Positions 22,518 through 32,990 of a stretch of DNA of 64,000 bases are shown piece by piece. Both the position numbers and the translations under genes were made by a program. The notes under the pieces were generated by a model. That model saw only the letters and a program-made list of their open reading frames with translations. It was not told the origin of the DNA and ran no database searches. The stretch is from assembly GCA_038321985.1 (NCBI GenBank), contig JBBQFN010000012.1, forward strand, positions 1-64,000, read 5' to 3'. Position 1 is the first letter of the stretch. Each line of letters begins with the position of its first letter. Source of the DNA: Cyanophyceae cyanobacterium. GTDB taxonomy: Bacteria; Cyanobacteriota; Cyanobacteriia; Cyanobacteriales; Laspinemataceae.

Positions 22518-23018
22518 ATGGTGTTACAAAATTTCGGCAGCTGGTGGAAGGGACTCGCTTCCCAGCTAGGAAAACGACAGGCTAAAGAGGAACGACCGCT
22601 CAAACGATCGCGGATGCAAGTCAAAACTGATCTCTACGCCCTAGCACAAGTATTGCAATGGTTAGAGGATGAAATCTACTCCCTACTTCCGCGCGATCGG
22701 TGGTGGCAGTATCAAACAGCCTTAGCAGAAGGCTTCACCAATGCAGTGCGTCACGCTCATCAAGACTTGCCGCCTACAACTCCTATTGAAGTTGAAGTCA
22801 TCGTTTTTCCTAGCTATGTGGAGATCAAAATCTGGGATTACGGCCCCCCCTTCGATTTAGAAGACAAGCTCAAGTCCCGCTACGAAAATCCCAATGGAAA
22901 TCCACTGGAGGAAGGAGGCAGAGGCTTGATCTTCATGCACCAATTAACCGATGAACTGCTTTACACTCGAATCGGGGACAATCGCAACTGTCTGATCATG
23001 CGAAAAAATTTCCGTTGA
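22518..23018 (+). CDS. Anti-sigma-factor / Ser kinase (RsbW-like HATPase)
   Basis: LAEGFTNAVRHAH (N box), IWDYGPPFD (G1), GGRGLIFM (G2). Confidence 0.88.
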   Translation: MVLQNFGSWWKGLASQLGKRQAKEERPLKRSRMQVKTDLYALAQVLQWLEDEIYSLLPRDRWWQYQTALAEGFTNAVRHAHQDLPPTTPIEVEVIVFPSYVEIKIWDYGPPFDLEDKLKSRYENPNGNPLEEGGRGLIFMHQLTDELLYTRIGDNRNCLIMRKNFR

Positions 23019-23116
23019 TGAGCAAACTGATTTCCCCCTCCCATCTGCTATTTTCTTCTCTAAAGACAGGCGTTCGGATCCTCCTGCGAACTTTAGCCGC
23101 CGATCGCATTGCCACT

Positions 23117-25426
23117 ATGATAGTACCCGTACCTGCTGATGATCCCGAGAGGCTCCAAGCCTTATGCCGCTATGAAACCCTCAATGCAGAGGCTCAAGCG
23201 GCTTTACAGGAACTCACCGATCTGAGTGCCAGAATTTTTCAGATGCCGATCGCCGCGATCGCCCTGGGTACCCCAGGCCACTGTTCAGTAAAATCCCAGG
23301 TTGGTGCAACCCCCGATGAACTCGACCTGGCCGCTACCTTATCTGCTTATCCCCTAGAACAGCGACGGCTGGTTGTTTTCAACCCCCTCCACAAAGCTAG
23401 CGAATTTCTCAAGAGCAATCGGGGCGATCGCAAACCAACCCTCTGCTTTTATGCCGGTGTTCCCCTGATCTCTCCCGATGGTTACCCAATCGGGACCCTA
23501 TGCATCATGGACCGGGTGCCGCAACAGTTGAACCCGACCCAACAGGAAACGCTTCAAACCCTGGCAAGTCAGGCGATCACCCTCCTAGAACGCCACCTTG
23601 TGCCACCTCCCCCGCCGGAGGCTCAGCCGCAACTGCTAGATTTTCTTAACCAGACTCATGATGCTATCCAAATCCTGCGGTTAAGCGACCAACGCCTGCT
23701 TTATGTCAACCCAGTCTGGCTACAAACCCTCGGCTATTCCCTAGAAGAAATCCCCTCCCTGTATTGGTGGGACATTCTCGACCCCGCCTCATTTGAAAAC
23801 GGCTCTACTATCTTAGAAAAACTCCGCCTCGGGGAATCCCTAACCCAAATAGACTTAATTTTCCTCACCAAAACCGGCGATCGCGTTTGGGTGGAAGCCA
23901 ACTTCTCCTCTGTGTGGGAACCCAACCAACAGGATCACGCCGTCGGCCTCTTCCGCAACGTCACCGGAGAACAACAAGCAAGGCTCAAATACGAACAACT
24001 CTTTGAAAATACCGCCCTCGGACTCTTCCAACTCAACCTGGAGGGCCGTTACTCTCAAATTAACTCCGCCCTAGCCAAAATGTATGGCTATGACTCCCCA
24101 ACCCAATTTTTATCTCGGGTCGAACATCCAAGGCAGCTATACCTCCAACCGAATGAATGGGCGGATTGTCTGCATCTATTAGAAACCCAAGGCCACCTCG
24201 TTCATGAGGTGGAGGTTAAACGCTCAGATGACTCTACAATCTGGATTTCAGAAAATATCCGACCCTTAATTGATATTAAAGGTCGCACCGTCGGCTATGA
24301 AGGTTTTGTGCAAGATGTCACCCGCAACAAGCAAGCAGAAGCCACGGTACAACTGGCTAAAGATCAACTCCAAGCCGTCTTGGATGCAGTTCCGGGGACC
24401 GTTTCTCTGATTAGCGCCGATTTCCACTATTTGGGAGTGAATCGCCATTTAGCGGCGACTTACAATTTGCCTCTGGCTCAATTTATTGGTCGAGAAGTCG
24501 GCTTTCGCCAATCCGCTTTTGGACAATTCGTGCGAGATTTCTTTGCCACTCAATCCCGAGAAGCCTCGATTGAAATTGATTCCGAAGTTAATGGGGCATT
24601 CCGCAGCGATTTGGTGATTGCCAAGAAGTGGCTGGAGGACCAGGCGGCGGTTTTTGTGGGGATTGATATTACGGAACGTAAGCGGGCTGAGGCCGCCCTA
24701 AAAGCTGAACTCGCAGAGGCGGCAGAATATGTGCGATCGCTGCTGCCGTTGCCGTTGAGCGAACCTGTCCCGATTGATTCGCGCTTTATTCCCTCTCAAC
24801 AGTTAGGGGGAGATTGTTTTGATTATTATTGGCTCGATGACGATAATCTGGCAATTTATCTGCTGGATGTTTCCGGACATGGGTCTCGGGCGGCCCTCCT
24901 CTCAGTTTCGGTCTTAAATTTATTGCGAGCTCGCTTTCTTCCCGGGACTGATTTTTATCAACCTTGTCAGGTCCTGACTGCTCTCAATCATGCAATTAAG
25001 ATGGAGCGTCAGCGGAATATGTATTTTACAATCTGGTATGGGGTCTATAATCAGGTGCAACACCAACTCATTTATTCCTGTGCCGGACATCCCCCAGCAA
25101 TTTTACTCTCCAAAGAGTTTCAGGTCCAAAAGTTGCGAACGGAAACTTCGGTGCCGATTGGAATGTTTCCTAATATTAAGTATGAAAATGCTATCTGCCA
25201 GATAGAGGCAGATAGCTCGCTTTATATTTTTAGCGACGGCATTTATGAAATTAATGAACCTGATGGGTCAATGTGGAGTCTGGATAACTTTATCGATTTA
25301 CTCGCTAGATGCGGTCCGAGTGATTCGTTTAATCTGGATCAAGTGTTAGAGTTGGTTCGCCAAGTCTGCGTCAAAGATACTTTTCATGATGATGTTTCTT
25401 TGTTGCAGGTGAAGTTTGATTTTTAG
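23117..25426 (+). CDS. GAF-PAS-PAS sensor with SpoIIE/PP2C phosphatase (RsbU-like)
   Basis: ERLQAL...FYAGVPLISPDGYPIGTLCIMD (GAF), PAS/PAC segments, LGGDCFD, DVSGHG, AGHPP, FSDGIYE, DDVSLL; ORF is open from 23015. Confidence 0.9.
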   Translation: MIVPVPADDPERLQALCRYETLNAEAQAALQELTDLSARIFQMPIAAIALGTPGHCSVKSQVGATPDELDLAATLSAYPLEQRRLVVFNPLHKASEFLKSNRGDRKPTLCFYAGVPLISPDGYPIGTLCIMDRVPQQLNPTQQETLQTLASQAITLLERHLVPPPPPEAQPQLLDFLNQTHDAIQILRLSDQRLLYVNPVWLQTLGYSLEEIPSLYWWDILDPASFENGSTILEKLRLGESLTQIDLIFLTKTGDRVWVEANFSSVWEPNQQDHAVGLFRNVTGEQQARLKYEQLFENTALGLFQLNLEGRYSQINSALAKMYGYDSPTQFLSRVEHPRQLYLQPNEWADCLHLLETQGHLVHEVEVKRSDDSTIWISENIRPLIDIKGRTVGYEGFVQDVTRNKQAEATVQLAKDQLQAVLDAVPGTVSLISADFHYLGVNRHLAATYNLPLAQFIGREVGFRQSAFGQFVRDFFATQSREASIEIDSEVNGAFRSDLVIAKKWLEDQAAVFVGIDITERKRAEAALKAELAEAAEYVRSLLPLPLSEPVPIDSRFIPSQQLGGDCFDYYWLDDDNLAIYLLDVSGHGSRAALLSVSVLNLLRARFLPGTDFYQPCQVLTALNHAIKMERQRNMYFTIWYGVYNQVQHQLIYSCAGHPPAILLSKEFQVQKLRTETSVPIGMFPNIKYENAICQIEADSSLYIFSDGIYEINEPDGSMWSLDNFIDLLARCGPSDSFNLDQVLELVRQVCVKDTFHDDVSLLQVKFDF

Positions 25427-25532
25427 CGGCCTCGGGAGTGCAACCTCCCCACCTGGAAGCGGGGAGAGGTTTTCCTTCGGTCTGGGCCGGAGGGAACGGC
25501 GATCGCCCTACGGGATGACTTAGAGTTTTGGC

Positions 25533-25862
25533 TCAATCCGGTTTAGAAAGGACGTGTTTTTCAAATTCCTCTCGGTTGGGAAAGACCTTCATAATTTTAT
25601 CCAATCCGGCGAGTTCTAATAGCATTTTGACTTGCGTATTGATGGAACACAAAAATAGCTTTCCTCCAGCAGCTTGAACGGTTTTAATGGCAGCCACAAT
25701 GGCTCCTAAACCGGAACTGTCCATGAAACTGACATCTTGAAAATCAATGAGGACAATTTCAGCGCCTTCTGCCAGGTAATTGCTAATTTCTCGCTCAAAT
25801 TGACCCACCTTAGTCCGATCTAAAAGGCCAACGGGTTGGACCACTTTAACCACTGGACTCAT
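25533..25862 (-). CDS. STAS-domain anti-sigma-factor antagonist (RsbV-like)
   Basis: IDFQDVSFMDSSGLGAIV phosphoacceptor motif. Confidence 0.92.
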   Translation of the reverse strand: MSPVVKVVQPVGLLDRTKVGQFEREISNYLAEGAEIVLIDFQDVSFMDSSGLGAIVAAIKTVQAAGGKLFLCSINTQVKMLLELAGLDKIMKVFPNREEFEKHVLSKPD

Positions 25863-26198
25863 CCTTATTAACCCCTACTTGATTTGACAGGTATCACGGG
25901 CTAGGTTTGACTTTTTAATCAAACGACTGGCCTAGAGACGATGATCTGGTGACCTTGACATAATTTTTATTCTACCCTTCAGGGGTGTTATTGCAGTTTA
26001 GCTCATCCGAGATCTCCCCTCACGGCTGCCTAGAAACCAAATTTAATATATGAGACTAGCGTCTATAATATACGCAATTGTTCACTCATGATTAAGGAAT
26101 CCGGGCGGGGTCGATCCGGCCTGCGATCGCCTTGAGGAGACATCCATCGTCAAAAACCCCTAAAATTTAAAGTCTCAAATCCAATAGGCTTATAATCC

Positions 26199-26873
26199 AT
26201 GACTGCGAATATCCTTGTGGTTGAAGATGAAGTCAAACTCGCTCAATTTATCGAACTAGAACTTAAATATGAAGGCTACCAGCCGATCATGGTTCGGGAT
26301 GGGATTGCGGGATTGAAAGCCATCCAAGAATCCAGTCCCGATCTGGTCCTCCTGGATGGGATGCTTCCAGGACTCTCGGGGTTAGAAGTCTGCCGCCGTC
26401 TGCGAATCAGTGGCAATATGGTGCCGGTGATTGTATTAACTGCTAGGGATGAAGTCAGCGATCGCGCGGCTGGATTGGATGCGGGTGCCGATGATTATCT
26501 CGTTAAACCGTTTAGTCCCGAAGACTTAATTTCCCGAGTGAAGGCGCATCTACGCAGTCCGGTCGAAGTGGATCCGGATTTGTTACAATTTGCCGATTTA
26601 AGTTTGAATCGACGCACCCACGAAGTGCGCCGAGGCGATCGCACCCTCGAACTGACGGCGAAAGAATTTGACTTACTTGAATATCTGATTTCCCATCCCC
26701 GACAAGTGGTCAAGCGCGAGCAAATTCTCGAAAATGTCTGGGGTTATGATTTTATGGGCGATTCTAACATCATTGAGGTGTACATTCGTTATCTACGCCT
26801 CAAGTTGGAAGCCCAGGGAGAAAAACGCCTTATTCAAACGGTGCGAGGGGTGGGTTATGTTCTACGGGATTAA
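26199..26873 (+). CDS. OmpR-family response regulator
   Basis: VVEDE, LLDGMLPG, DDYLVKPF, winged helix IQTVRGVGY. Confidence 0.93.
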   Translation: MTANILVVEDEVKLAQFIELELKYEGYQPIMVRDGIAGLKAIQESSPDLVLLDGMLPGLSGLEVCRRLRISGNMVPVIVLTARDEVSDRAAGLDAGADDYLVKPFSPEDLISRVKAHLRSPVEVDPDLLQFADLSLNRRTHEVRRGDRTLELTAKEFDLLEYLISHPRQVVKREQILENVWGYDFMGDSNIIEVYIRYLRLKLEAQGEKRLIQTVRGVGYVLRD

Positions 26874-26901
26874 ATCACGCCGGGGTTAACTGTGCCAATA
26901 G

Positions 26902-26951
26902 GCGGCCATTAAAAAAGTGCAACTCAATCGTTGCACTTTTTTAATGGCCGC
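26902..26951. terminator. Perfect 22-bp inverted repeat downstream of the response regulator (terminator or stability hairpin)
   Basis: GCGGCCATTAAAAAAGTGCAAC-tcaatc-GTTGCACTTTTTTAATGGCCGC. Confidence 0.7.
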
Positions 26952-27081
26952 AACTTTTCCCAGTAGTTAAGGGAAATGGCGATCGGGAACTTCCAAGTCA
27001 CCTAAGTTTTGCTTCCCCTGGTTTTCTCCTCTATCACTGCCCGAAATATCGGGCATTATTCTTTTCTCCTACTGGCCCTTT

Positions 27082-27122
27082 CTTTACCTTGTCTTTACCC
27101 AAGTTTTCCTTAGTTTTAACTT
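27082..27122 (+). promoter_or_regulatory. Candidate Pho box array upstream of pstS
   Basis: CTTTACCT, CTTTACCC, TTTTCCTT and TTTAACTT at an exact 11-nt period, resembling the cyanobacterial YTTAAYYW repeat. Confidence 0.65.
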
Positions 27123-27309
27123 ATAAACCTGGGTAAATGAACAAATTTATACTACAATTTTGGTAATTATAAAAATGAGTTAAAAAATATTATAAAATCC
27201 CTGGTTTCTTACGCTAATAAATAAACTTCCTTAAAAAACTTAAAATCGGTAAATTAATCAGCATAAATAGAGCCTTTTTGTTGAAAATACCTCTTAAAAT
27301 CAAAACCTT

Positions 27310-28350
27310 ATGATCCAGACATCACTCGCTAAATTTTCCGTCACAGGGGCAGCATTGGCGCTCATGAGTCTCCTGAGCCTCTCGGCTTGTCGGGGGATAG
27401 AAACCTCAGCCCATAGCCGGGGGGGACCGCGTGAAATTAATAGTTTGAGCTTGGATGGTTCCAGTACAGTTTTTCCCATAGCTGAGGCAATGGCGGAAGA
27501 ATTTATGAAAACCCACCCAGGGGTGAGAGTCACTATCGGAATTTCCGGTTCGGGAGGGGGTTTTAAGAAGTTTTGTCGGGGAGAAATAGACATTGCTAAT
27601 GCCTCTCGGGCAATTGATATTAACGAACGAGAATTGTGCAAAAAAAATGGCATTGAATATATCGAACTTCCCATTGCCTATGATGGAATTTCTGTGGTAG
27701 TCAATCCCGCTAACCACTTTGTAGACTGTCTCACCGTGGCGGAACTCAAGCGAATCTGGGAACCTTCGGCAGAAGGAAAAATGGTCAACTGGAACCAAAT
27801 TCGCTCTACATTTCCCAGCCGTCCACTGCGGTTATTTGGTCCGGGCACTGACTCAGGCACTCACGATTATTTTACCTTAGCTTTGGTGGGGGAGGAACAA
27901 TACAGCCGAGGCGATTATACCGCTAGCGAAGATGATAACCTAATTGTACAAGGAGTTGCCGCCGATGCAGAAGGTCTGGGCTTTTTTGGCTATGCCTACT
28001 ATAAAGAAAACCAAAATAAGTTAAAATTAGTTAAAATTGATTCTGGTGAAGGTTGCATTGCACCGGGTCCAACCACGATTACGGATAATAGTTATAAACC
28101 TTTGTCTCGTCCGGAATTTATCTATATCAAAAAATCTGAAGCAGACCGCCTTGATGTGAAAGCCTTTGTCGAATTTCATCTAGCCCCCGAACATCAATAT
28201 TTAATATCAGAAGTGGGTTATGTCCCTCTTCCAGAAACCTTGATGGCAGCCGTCCGAAACCGCTATAAATTAGGTAAAACTGGGTCGGTTTTTGAGTCGG
28301 GTTCAACTGTTGGAATTAACCTCAGTGATTTATTCAAAAGGGAAAACTAA
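27310..28350 (+). CDS. pstS: Phosphate ABC transporter substrate-binding lipoprotein
   Basis: Lipobox LSAC, DGSSTVFP, GSGGGFKKFC, DSGTHDYF, YKPLSRP. Confidence 0.92.
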   Translation: MIQTSLAKFSVTGAALALMSLLSLSACRGIETSAHSRGGPREINSLSLDGSSTVFPIAEAMAEEFMKTHPGVRVTIGISGSGGGFKKFCRGEIDIANASRAIDINERELCKKNGIEYIELPIAYDGISVVVNPANHFVDCLTVAELKRIWEPSAEGKMVNWNQIRSTFPSRPLRLFGPGTDSGTHDYFTLALVGEEQYSRGDYTASEDDNLIVQGVAADAEGLGFFGYAYYKENQNKLKLVKIDSGEGCIAPGPTTITDNSYKPLSRPEFIYIKKSEADRLDVKAFVEFHLAPEHQYLISEVGYVPLPETLMAAVRNRYKLGKTGSVFESGSTVGINLSDLFKREN

Positions 28351-28455
28351 AAAAATTCCGCTAGAATTAACCCGGATCGTTACTAGGGAAACCCCAAGGG
28401 ACATCCTTAGCAGTTTGGCGAACCCCGATTGAGTTGATATTGGATCAGGTATTTT

Positions 28456-30384
28456 ATGGAGTTTCATCCCTTACCCCCGCGACTCCCCGAGGGAGAGTCT
28501 TGGCAGCGAAACCTGCAACGGCTTACCTGGATAGAACGGTGTTTACACCTAATTTTAGCTGTTATAGCGGGGATTCCGATTTCTATTTCGGTGGCGATCG
28601 CCGCTGTTTTTCTCTTTGAAACGGTTCTATTTTTTCAAACGGTTCCTGTCTGGAATTTTTTCAGTGATACCCAGTGGACGCCGCTATTTCCCAGTCAAAA
28701 TTTCGGAATATTAGTCCTGGCAAGCGGCACCCTCCTCGTTACGGGAATTGCCAGCTTTTTTGCGGTCCCTATCGGATTGTTAATTGCTATTTATTTAGCC
28801 GAATATGCCAGCGATCGCCTGCGTTTGACGGTTAAACCTCTTTTGGAAGCCCTATCTGGAATTCCTACGGTAGTTTATGGGTATTTTGCCTTATTAGTAG
28901 TTACTCCTATTTTGCAGCAGTTTATCCCCGGATTGGCGAGATTTAATGCTTTAAGTGCAGGCTTAGTCACGGGAGTGGCGATCGTTCCGATCATCTCTTC
29001 CCTGAGTGAAGATGCTATCAAAAGCGTCCCGCACACCCTCAGAGAAGCGGGTTATACCTTGGGCTTGACTAAGGGAGAAATTCTAGCTCAAATTGTTTTA
29101 CCCATGGCATTCCCGGGCATCGTGGCTTCGTTTATGTTAGCAGCTTCTCGCGCCTTGGGAGAAACCATGATTTCGGCGATCGCTGCCGGACAAAATCCCC
29201 AACTTACCCTCAATCCATTCGTTCCTCTTGCCACCATGACAGCCTTTATTATTCAGGTGAGTTTGGGAACCGTGGCGTTTAATTCCTTAGCCTTTCAAAC
29301 GATTTTTACCGTGGGAATGGTGCTATTTTTAATTACCCTCGGACTAAATAGCTTTGGGTATTGGCTAGTTCGTCGCTATCAAACTGCTATGAATCAAGAG
29401 ATTGTTCCCACCCAACTTTCAGAAAACCCCTTCAAATTTTACGCCCCCTACGATGGGGAGTTTTTTTCAGGGAACAATGGATTAGGGGGTGTTAAAACCC
29501 GTCCGGATGCTGAGTTTAAAACCCCTTTAATCCGTCGCCAGGGGTTGGACCGAGGTTTCGAGGCCCTCAGTGCAGTAGCCATCCCCATTGCCCTAGGCAT
29601 CCTCGCCCTCTTACTCCTCGATGCCTCTCGGCGGGGTTTGCCTCATTTAACCTGGCAGTTTATCACCAGCTTTCCCTCCCGCAACCCCCAAGAAGCGGGA
29701 ATTTATCCCGCCCTTATCGGCAGCTTGTGGCTATTAGGATTAACTGCTTTATTTGCCTTACCCATTGGCATCGGAACTGCCATTTATCTCGAAGAATATT
29801 GTGCTAATACCGCCCTAAATCAGTTCCTCGAAATTAATATTGCCAACTTAGCGGCTGTTCCCTCAATTCTCTATGGTTTATTAGGGCTAGAATTATTTGT
29901 GCGAGTCCTGGCCCCCATTACAGGTGGACCGAGTTTACTCTCTGCTGCCCTCACCTTAACGGTGATCATTTTACCCATGTTTATCGTCACCACTCGTTCT
30001 GCCCTGCGGGGCATTCCGGGAGGTTTACATCAAGCAGGTTATGCTATGGGTATGACTCGCGCGCAGGTGCTGTGGCATATCGTGTTACCGGCTGCTTTTC
30101 CCGCTACCCTAACCGGCGCACTTCTAGCCTTAGCCCGTGCGATCGGTGAAACTGCCCCTTTGATTGCCGTGGGAGCATTATCCTTCGTATCCTTTGCCCC
30201 TCCGTTGTCCTGGGAGGGAGTCTATAGTCGATTTACCGCCCTGCCCTTTCAAATTTTTAACTGGATTTTGCGGCCTCAATCCGCTTTTCATGACAATGCT
30301 GCTGCCGCTATTCTGGTATTAGTTGGCATTTTATTAATTCTAAACATCTGCGGAGTTTTTATCCGTGAAAAGTGTAGAAATTAA
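28456..30384 (+). CDS. Fused phosphate ABC permease PstC-PstA
   Basis: Two permease domains in one ORF (IPTVVYG...SRALGETM, then VPSILYG...ARAIGETAPL) joined by a hydrophilic linker. Confidence 0.88.
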   Translation: MEFHPLPPRLPEGESWQRNLQRLTWIERCLHLILAVIAGIPISISVAIAAVFLFETVLFFQTVPVWNFFSDTQWTPLFPSQNFGILVLASGTLLVTGIASFFAVPIGLLIAIYLAEYASDRLRLTVKPLLEALSGIPTVVYGYFALLVVTPILQQFIPGLARFNALSAGLVTGVAIVPIISSLSEDAIKSVPHTLREAGYTLGLTKGEILAQIVLPMAFPGIVASFMLAASRALGETMISAIAAGQNPQLTLNPFVPLATMTAFIIQVSLGTVAFNSLAFQTIFTVGMVLFLITLGLNSFGYWLVRRYQTAMNQEIVPTQLSENPFKFYAPYDGEFFSGNNGLGGVKTRPDAEFKTPLIRRQGLDRGFEALSAVAIPIALGILALLLLDASRRGLPHLTWQFITSFPSRNPQEAGIYPALIGSLWLLGLTALFALPIGIGTAIYLEEYCANTALNQFLEINIANLAAVPSILYGLLGLELFVRVLAPITGGPSLLSAALTLTVIILPMFIVTTRSALRGIPGGLHQAGYAMGMTRAQVLWHIVLPAAFPATLTGALLALARAIGETAPLIAVGALSFVSFAPPLSWEGVYSRFTALPFQIFNWILRPQSAFHDNAAAAILVLVGILLILNICGVFIREKCRN

Positions 30385-30443
30385 CTCTAATTTATTTATC
30401 TCTAAATCCGTTGGTAACCTCAAAATAATTTTAGAAAAAACCC

Positions 30444-31244
30444 ATGAATTTTACATCTGAGTATTGTTACCCCCCTCAATTGACCATTTTAAAAACTCGT
30501 GAATTGTCTGTATTTTTTGACAGAATACAAACTTTGGAGAATATCAATTTAAAAATTTACGCCCATAAAATTACTGCAATTATTGGACCCTCCGGTTGTG
30601 GAAAAACCACGTTAATTCGATGCTTCAATCGCCTTAACGAACTTTCCAATAATTTTAAGAGAACCGGAAATATTTATATGGGCGATCGAGAAATATCCAA
30701 ATTAAACCCGGTAGAAATCCGTAGGCAAGTGGGAATGGTTTTTCAAAAACCTAATCCTTTTCCTAAGTCTATTTATGAGAACATCGCCCTGGGGTTACGA
30801 ATCAACGGTTATCAAGGGGATATTGATGAATGTGTCGAACATTCCCTGCGTCAAGTTTTCTTGTGGGATGAGGTCAAAAATAACCTCTATCGAAGTGCAT
30901 TAAACTTATCCGGAGGACAACAGCAGCGCTTGTGCATTGCTAGAACCTTAGCCTTAAAACCCGATATCATTCTGATGGATGAGCCCTGTTCTGCCCTCGA
31001 TCCAATTTCGACCGCCCGAATTGACGAACTGCTGTATGAACTGAAGCACGATTATACGATTATTCTAGTCACTCATAATATGCAACAAGCGTCCCGTATT
31101 TCGGATATGACTGCTTTTTTTAATATTAAAACCACGGAAACCGGAGAAAAAATAGGCTATTTATCCGAGTACGATAAAACCGAAGTAATTTTTCACCATC
31201 CCAAACAGCAGGCAACTCAGGAATACGTCAGTCGCCGGTTTTAG
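30444..31244 (+). CDS. pstB: Phosphate ABC transporter ATP-binding protein
   Basis: [41 protein letters not shown]. Confidence 0.95.
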   Translation: MNFTSEYCYPPQLTILKTRELSVFFDRIQTLENINLKIYAHKITAIIGPSGCGKTTLIRCFNRLNELSNNFKRTGNIYMGDREISKLNPVEIRRQVGMVFQKPNPFPKSIYENIALGLRINGYQGDIDECVEHSLRQVFLWDEVKNNLYRSALNLSGGQQQRLCIARTLALKPDIILMDEPCSALDPISTARIDELLYELKHDYTIILVTHNMQQASRISDMTAFFNIKTTETGEKIGYLSEYDKTEVIFHHPKQQATQEYVSRRF

Positions 31245-31372
31245 TGTAAGGGTTCTCAGAAAAGGGCGATCGCCTCTCTCGTTACCCTCTACAACCGGAG
31301 TCCCCCAAAATTTTATTTTCCTCCCAGAGATTCATGCTAGACTAGAAAAGTTTTCATATTTTAATTTGAGCT

Positions 31373-32968
31373 ATGTTTTGGGCTGACAAAATTGCGGAAA
31401 GTGCACAAGGTGAACAAATCGTTAATGATTCAAAAACCCCTTCGGGTCGAGTTCATGTGGGGTCCTTGCGGGGTGTAATCATCCATGATGTCATTTATCG
31501 AGCCTTGAAACAAGCAGGTAAGCCCGTTAAATTTATGTATGGCGTTGATGATTATGACGCCCTTGATACCGTTCCTAGCTATCTAAATCACGAAAAATTT
31601 GCCTCCTATTTGGGTCATCCCTTGTGTAACGTCCCCTCTCCCGATGAAAAGGCGACAGATTACGCCAAATACTTCATGGGGGAATTCCTAGAAGTCTTTG
31701 ATTACTTAGGCGTAAAACCGGAAATTTATTACCTACGAGACTTGTATCGAACTGGACAACTTAACCCTTATATCGATACCTTCTTGCAAAATTCCCATCT
31801 CGTTCGTGAAGCCTATAAAGAAGTCAGTAAAGCCGATCGCCCGAGTAACTGGTATCCCTTCCAAGTCATCTGCGAAAACTGTGGAAAAATTGCCACCACC
31901 GTTGTCACCGACTACAACGGCAAAGAAGTATTTTATACCTGCGAACCTAACGCCACTAACTACGTCAACGGATGCGGAAATTCTGGCTGGGTTTCCCCCT
32001 TTGATGGCAATGGTAAACTCCCGTGGAAAGTAGAATGGGTTGCCAAATGGCAACTTGTGGGTGTTACCATCGAACTGGCAGGAAAAGACCATTCCCAAAA
32101 AGGGGGTTCTCGGGATGTTGCCAACGCCATTTGCCGAAAAGTCTTACAGAAACAACCGCCATTCCACTCACCCTACGAGTTTATTTTAGTGAATGGAACG
32201 AAAATGAGTTCTTCTAAAGGTGTCGGTTCGGCAGCGAAAGAAATCGCAGAATTATTACCCCCTGAACTGCTACGCTTTTTAATGTTGCGAACCCAACCGA
32301 AATCGGTGATTAATTTCGCACCCAATTATGAAACCACCACCCGATTGTTTCGGGATTACGACACCTTAATCGAAAAATATCAAGGCGATCGCCTGGAAAG
32401 TGGCGAAGACCCCAAACAGGACAAAGAATTACAACCCCTGTTTTATTCCCAGTTAACCGATGAAGTCAAAACCTATCAACCCTTTGATTTCAGTACCTTA
32501 ATTTCTCTGCTGCAAGTGCCTCACTTGGATATTAAAGCAGAAATCCAAAAACGCTGCGAACAACCCTTAAACGAGGCAGATTGGGAGGTTCTTCATCAAC
32601 GAATTGAGTCAGCCCAGAAGTGGTTGGATGATTACGCTGACGAAGAAGAAAAGCTGGTGCTTTATTTTGACCAAATCCCCGAACAAGCGCAAGAATTGAC
32701 TGAGGAACAGGTGACTTATTTGGGGGAATTAGCTAAGAATTTAGAAGCTGCCGAGAGTTGGGATGGGGAAACCTTACAAACGATTATCTTTACGACCAGT
32801 AAAGGGTTAGAGATGAAACCGGGGAATGCTTTTCCGGCTATTTATTTGGCATTCATGGGTAAATCACGGGGTCCGAAAGCCGGGAATTTACTCTCGTATT
32901 TAGATAAATCGTTTGTGTTGGAAAGACTTCGCGGTGCAGTTGCCCTTAAACAAGGCGCTGCGGTGTAG
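31373..32968 (+). CDS. lysS: Lysyl-tRNA synthetase, class I
   Basis: MFWAD, TPSGRVHVGS (HIGH-like), CENCG, KLPWKVEW, GKDH, KMSSSKG (KMSKS-like), C-terminal RGPKAG. Confidence 0.93.
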   Translation: MFWADKIAESAQGEQIVNDSKTPSGRVHVGSLRGVIIHDVIYRALKQAGKPVKFMYGVDDYDALDTVPSYLNHEKFASYLGHPLCNVPSPDEKATDYAKYFMGEFLEVFDYLGVKPEIYYLRDLYRTGQLNPYIDTFLQNSHLVREAYKEVSKADRPSNWYPFQVICENCGKIATTVVTDYNGKEVFYTCEPNATNYVNGCGNSGWVSPFDGNGKLPWKVEWVAKWQLVGVTIELAGKDHSQKGGSRDVANAICRKVLQKQPPFHSPYEFILVNGTKMSSSKGVGSAAKEIAELLPPELLRFLMLRTQPKSVINFAPNYETTTRLFRDYDTLIEKYQGDRLESGEDPKQDKELQPLFYSQLTDEVKTYQPFDFSTLISLLQVPHLDIKAEIQKRCEQPLNEADWEVLHQRIESAQKWLDDYADEEEKLVLYFDQIPEQAQELTEEQVTYLGELAKNLEAAESWDGETLQTIIFTTSKGLEMKPGNAFPAIYLAFMGKSRGPKAGNLLSYLDKSFVLERLRGAVALKQGAAV

Positions 32969-32990
32969 TCGAATATTCTAAGAGTTCGTA

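Noticed and set aside
26199..26873. sphR/phoB assignment for the response regulator upstream of pstS
   Set aside because: Only generic OmpR motifs are visible, and a strong hairpin separates it from the pst promoter; adjacency is not enough.
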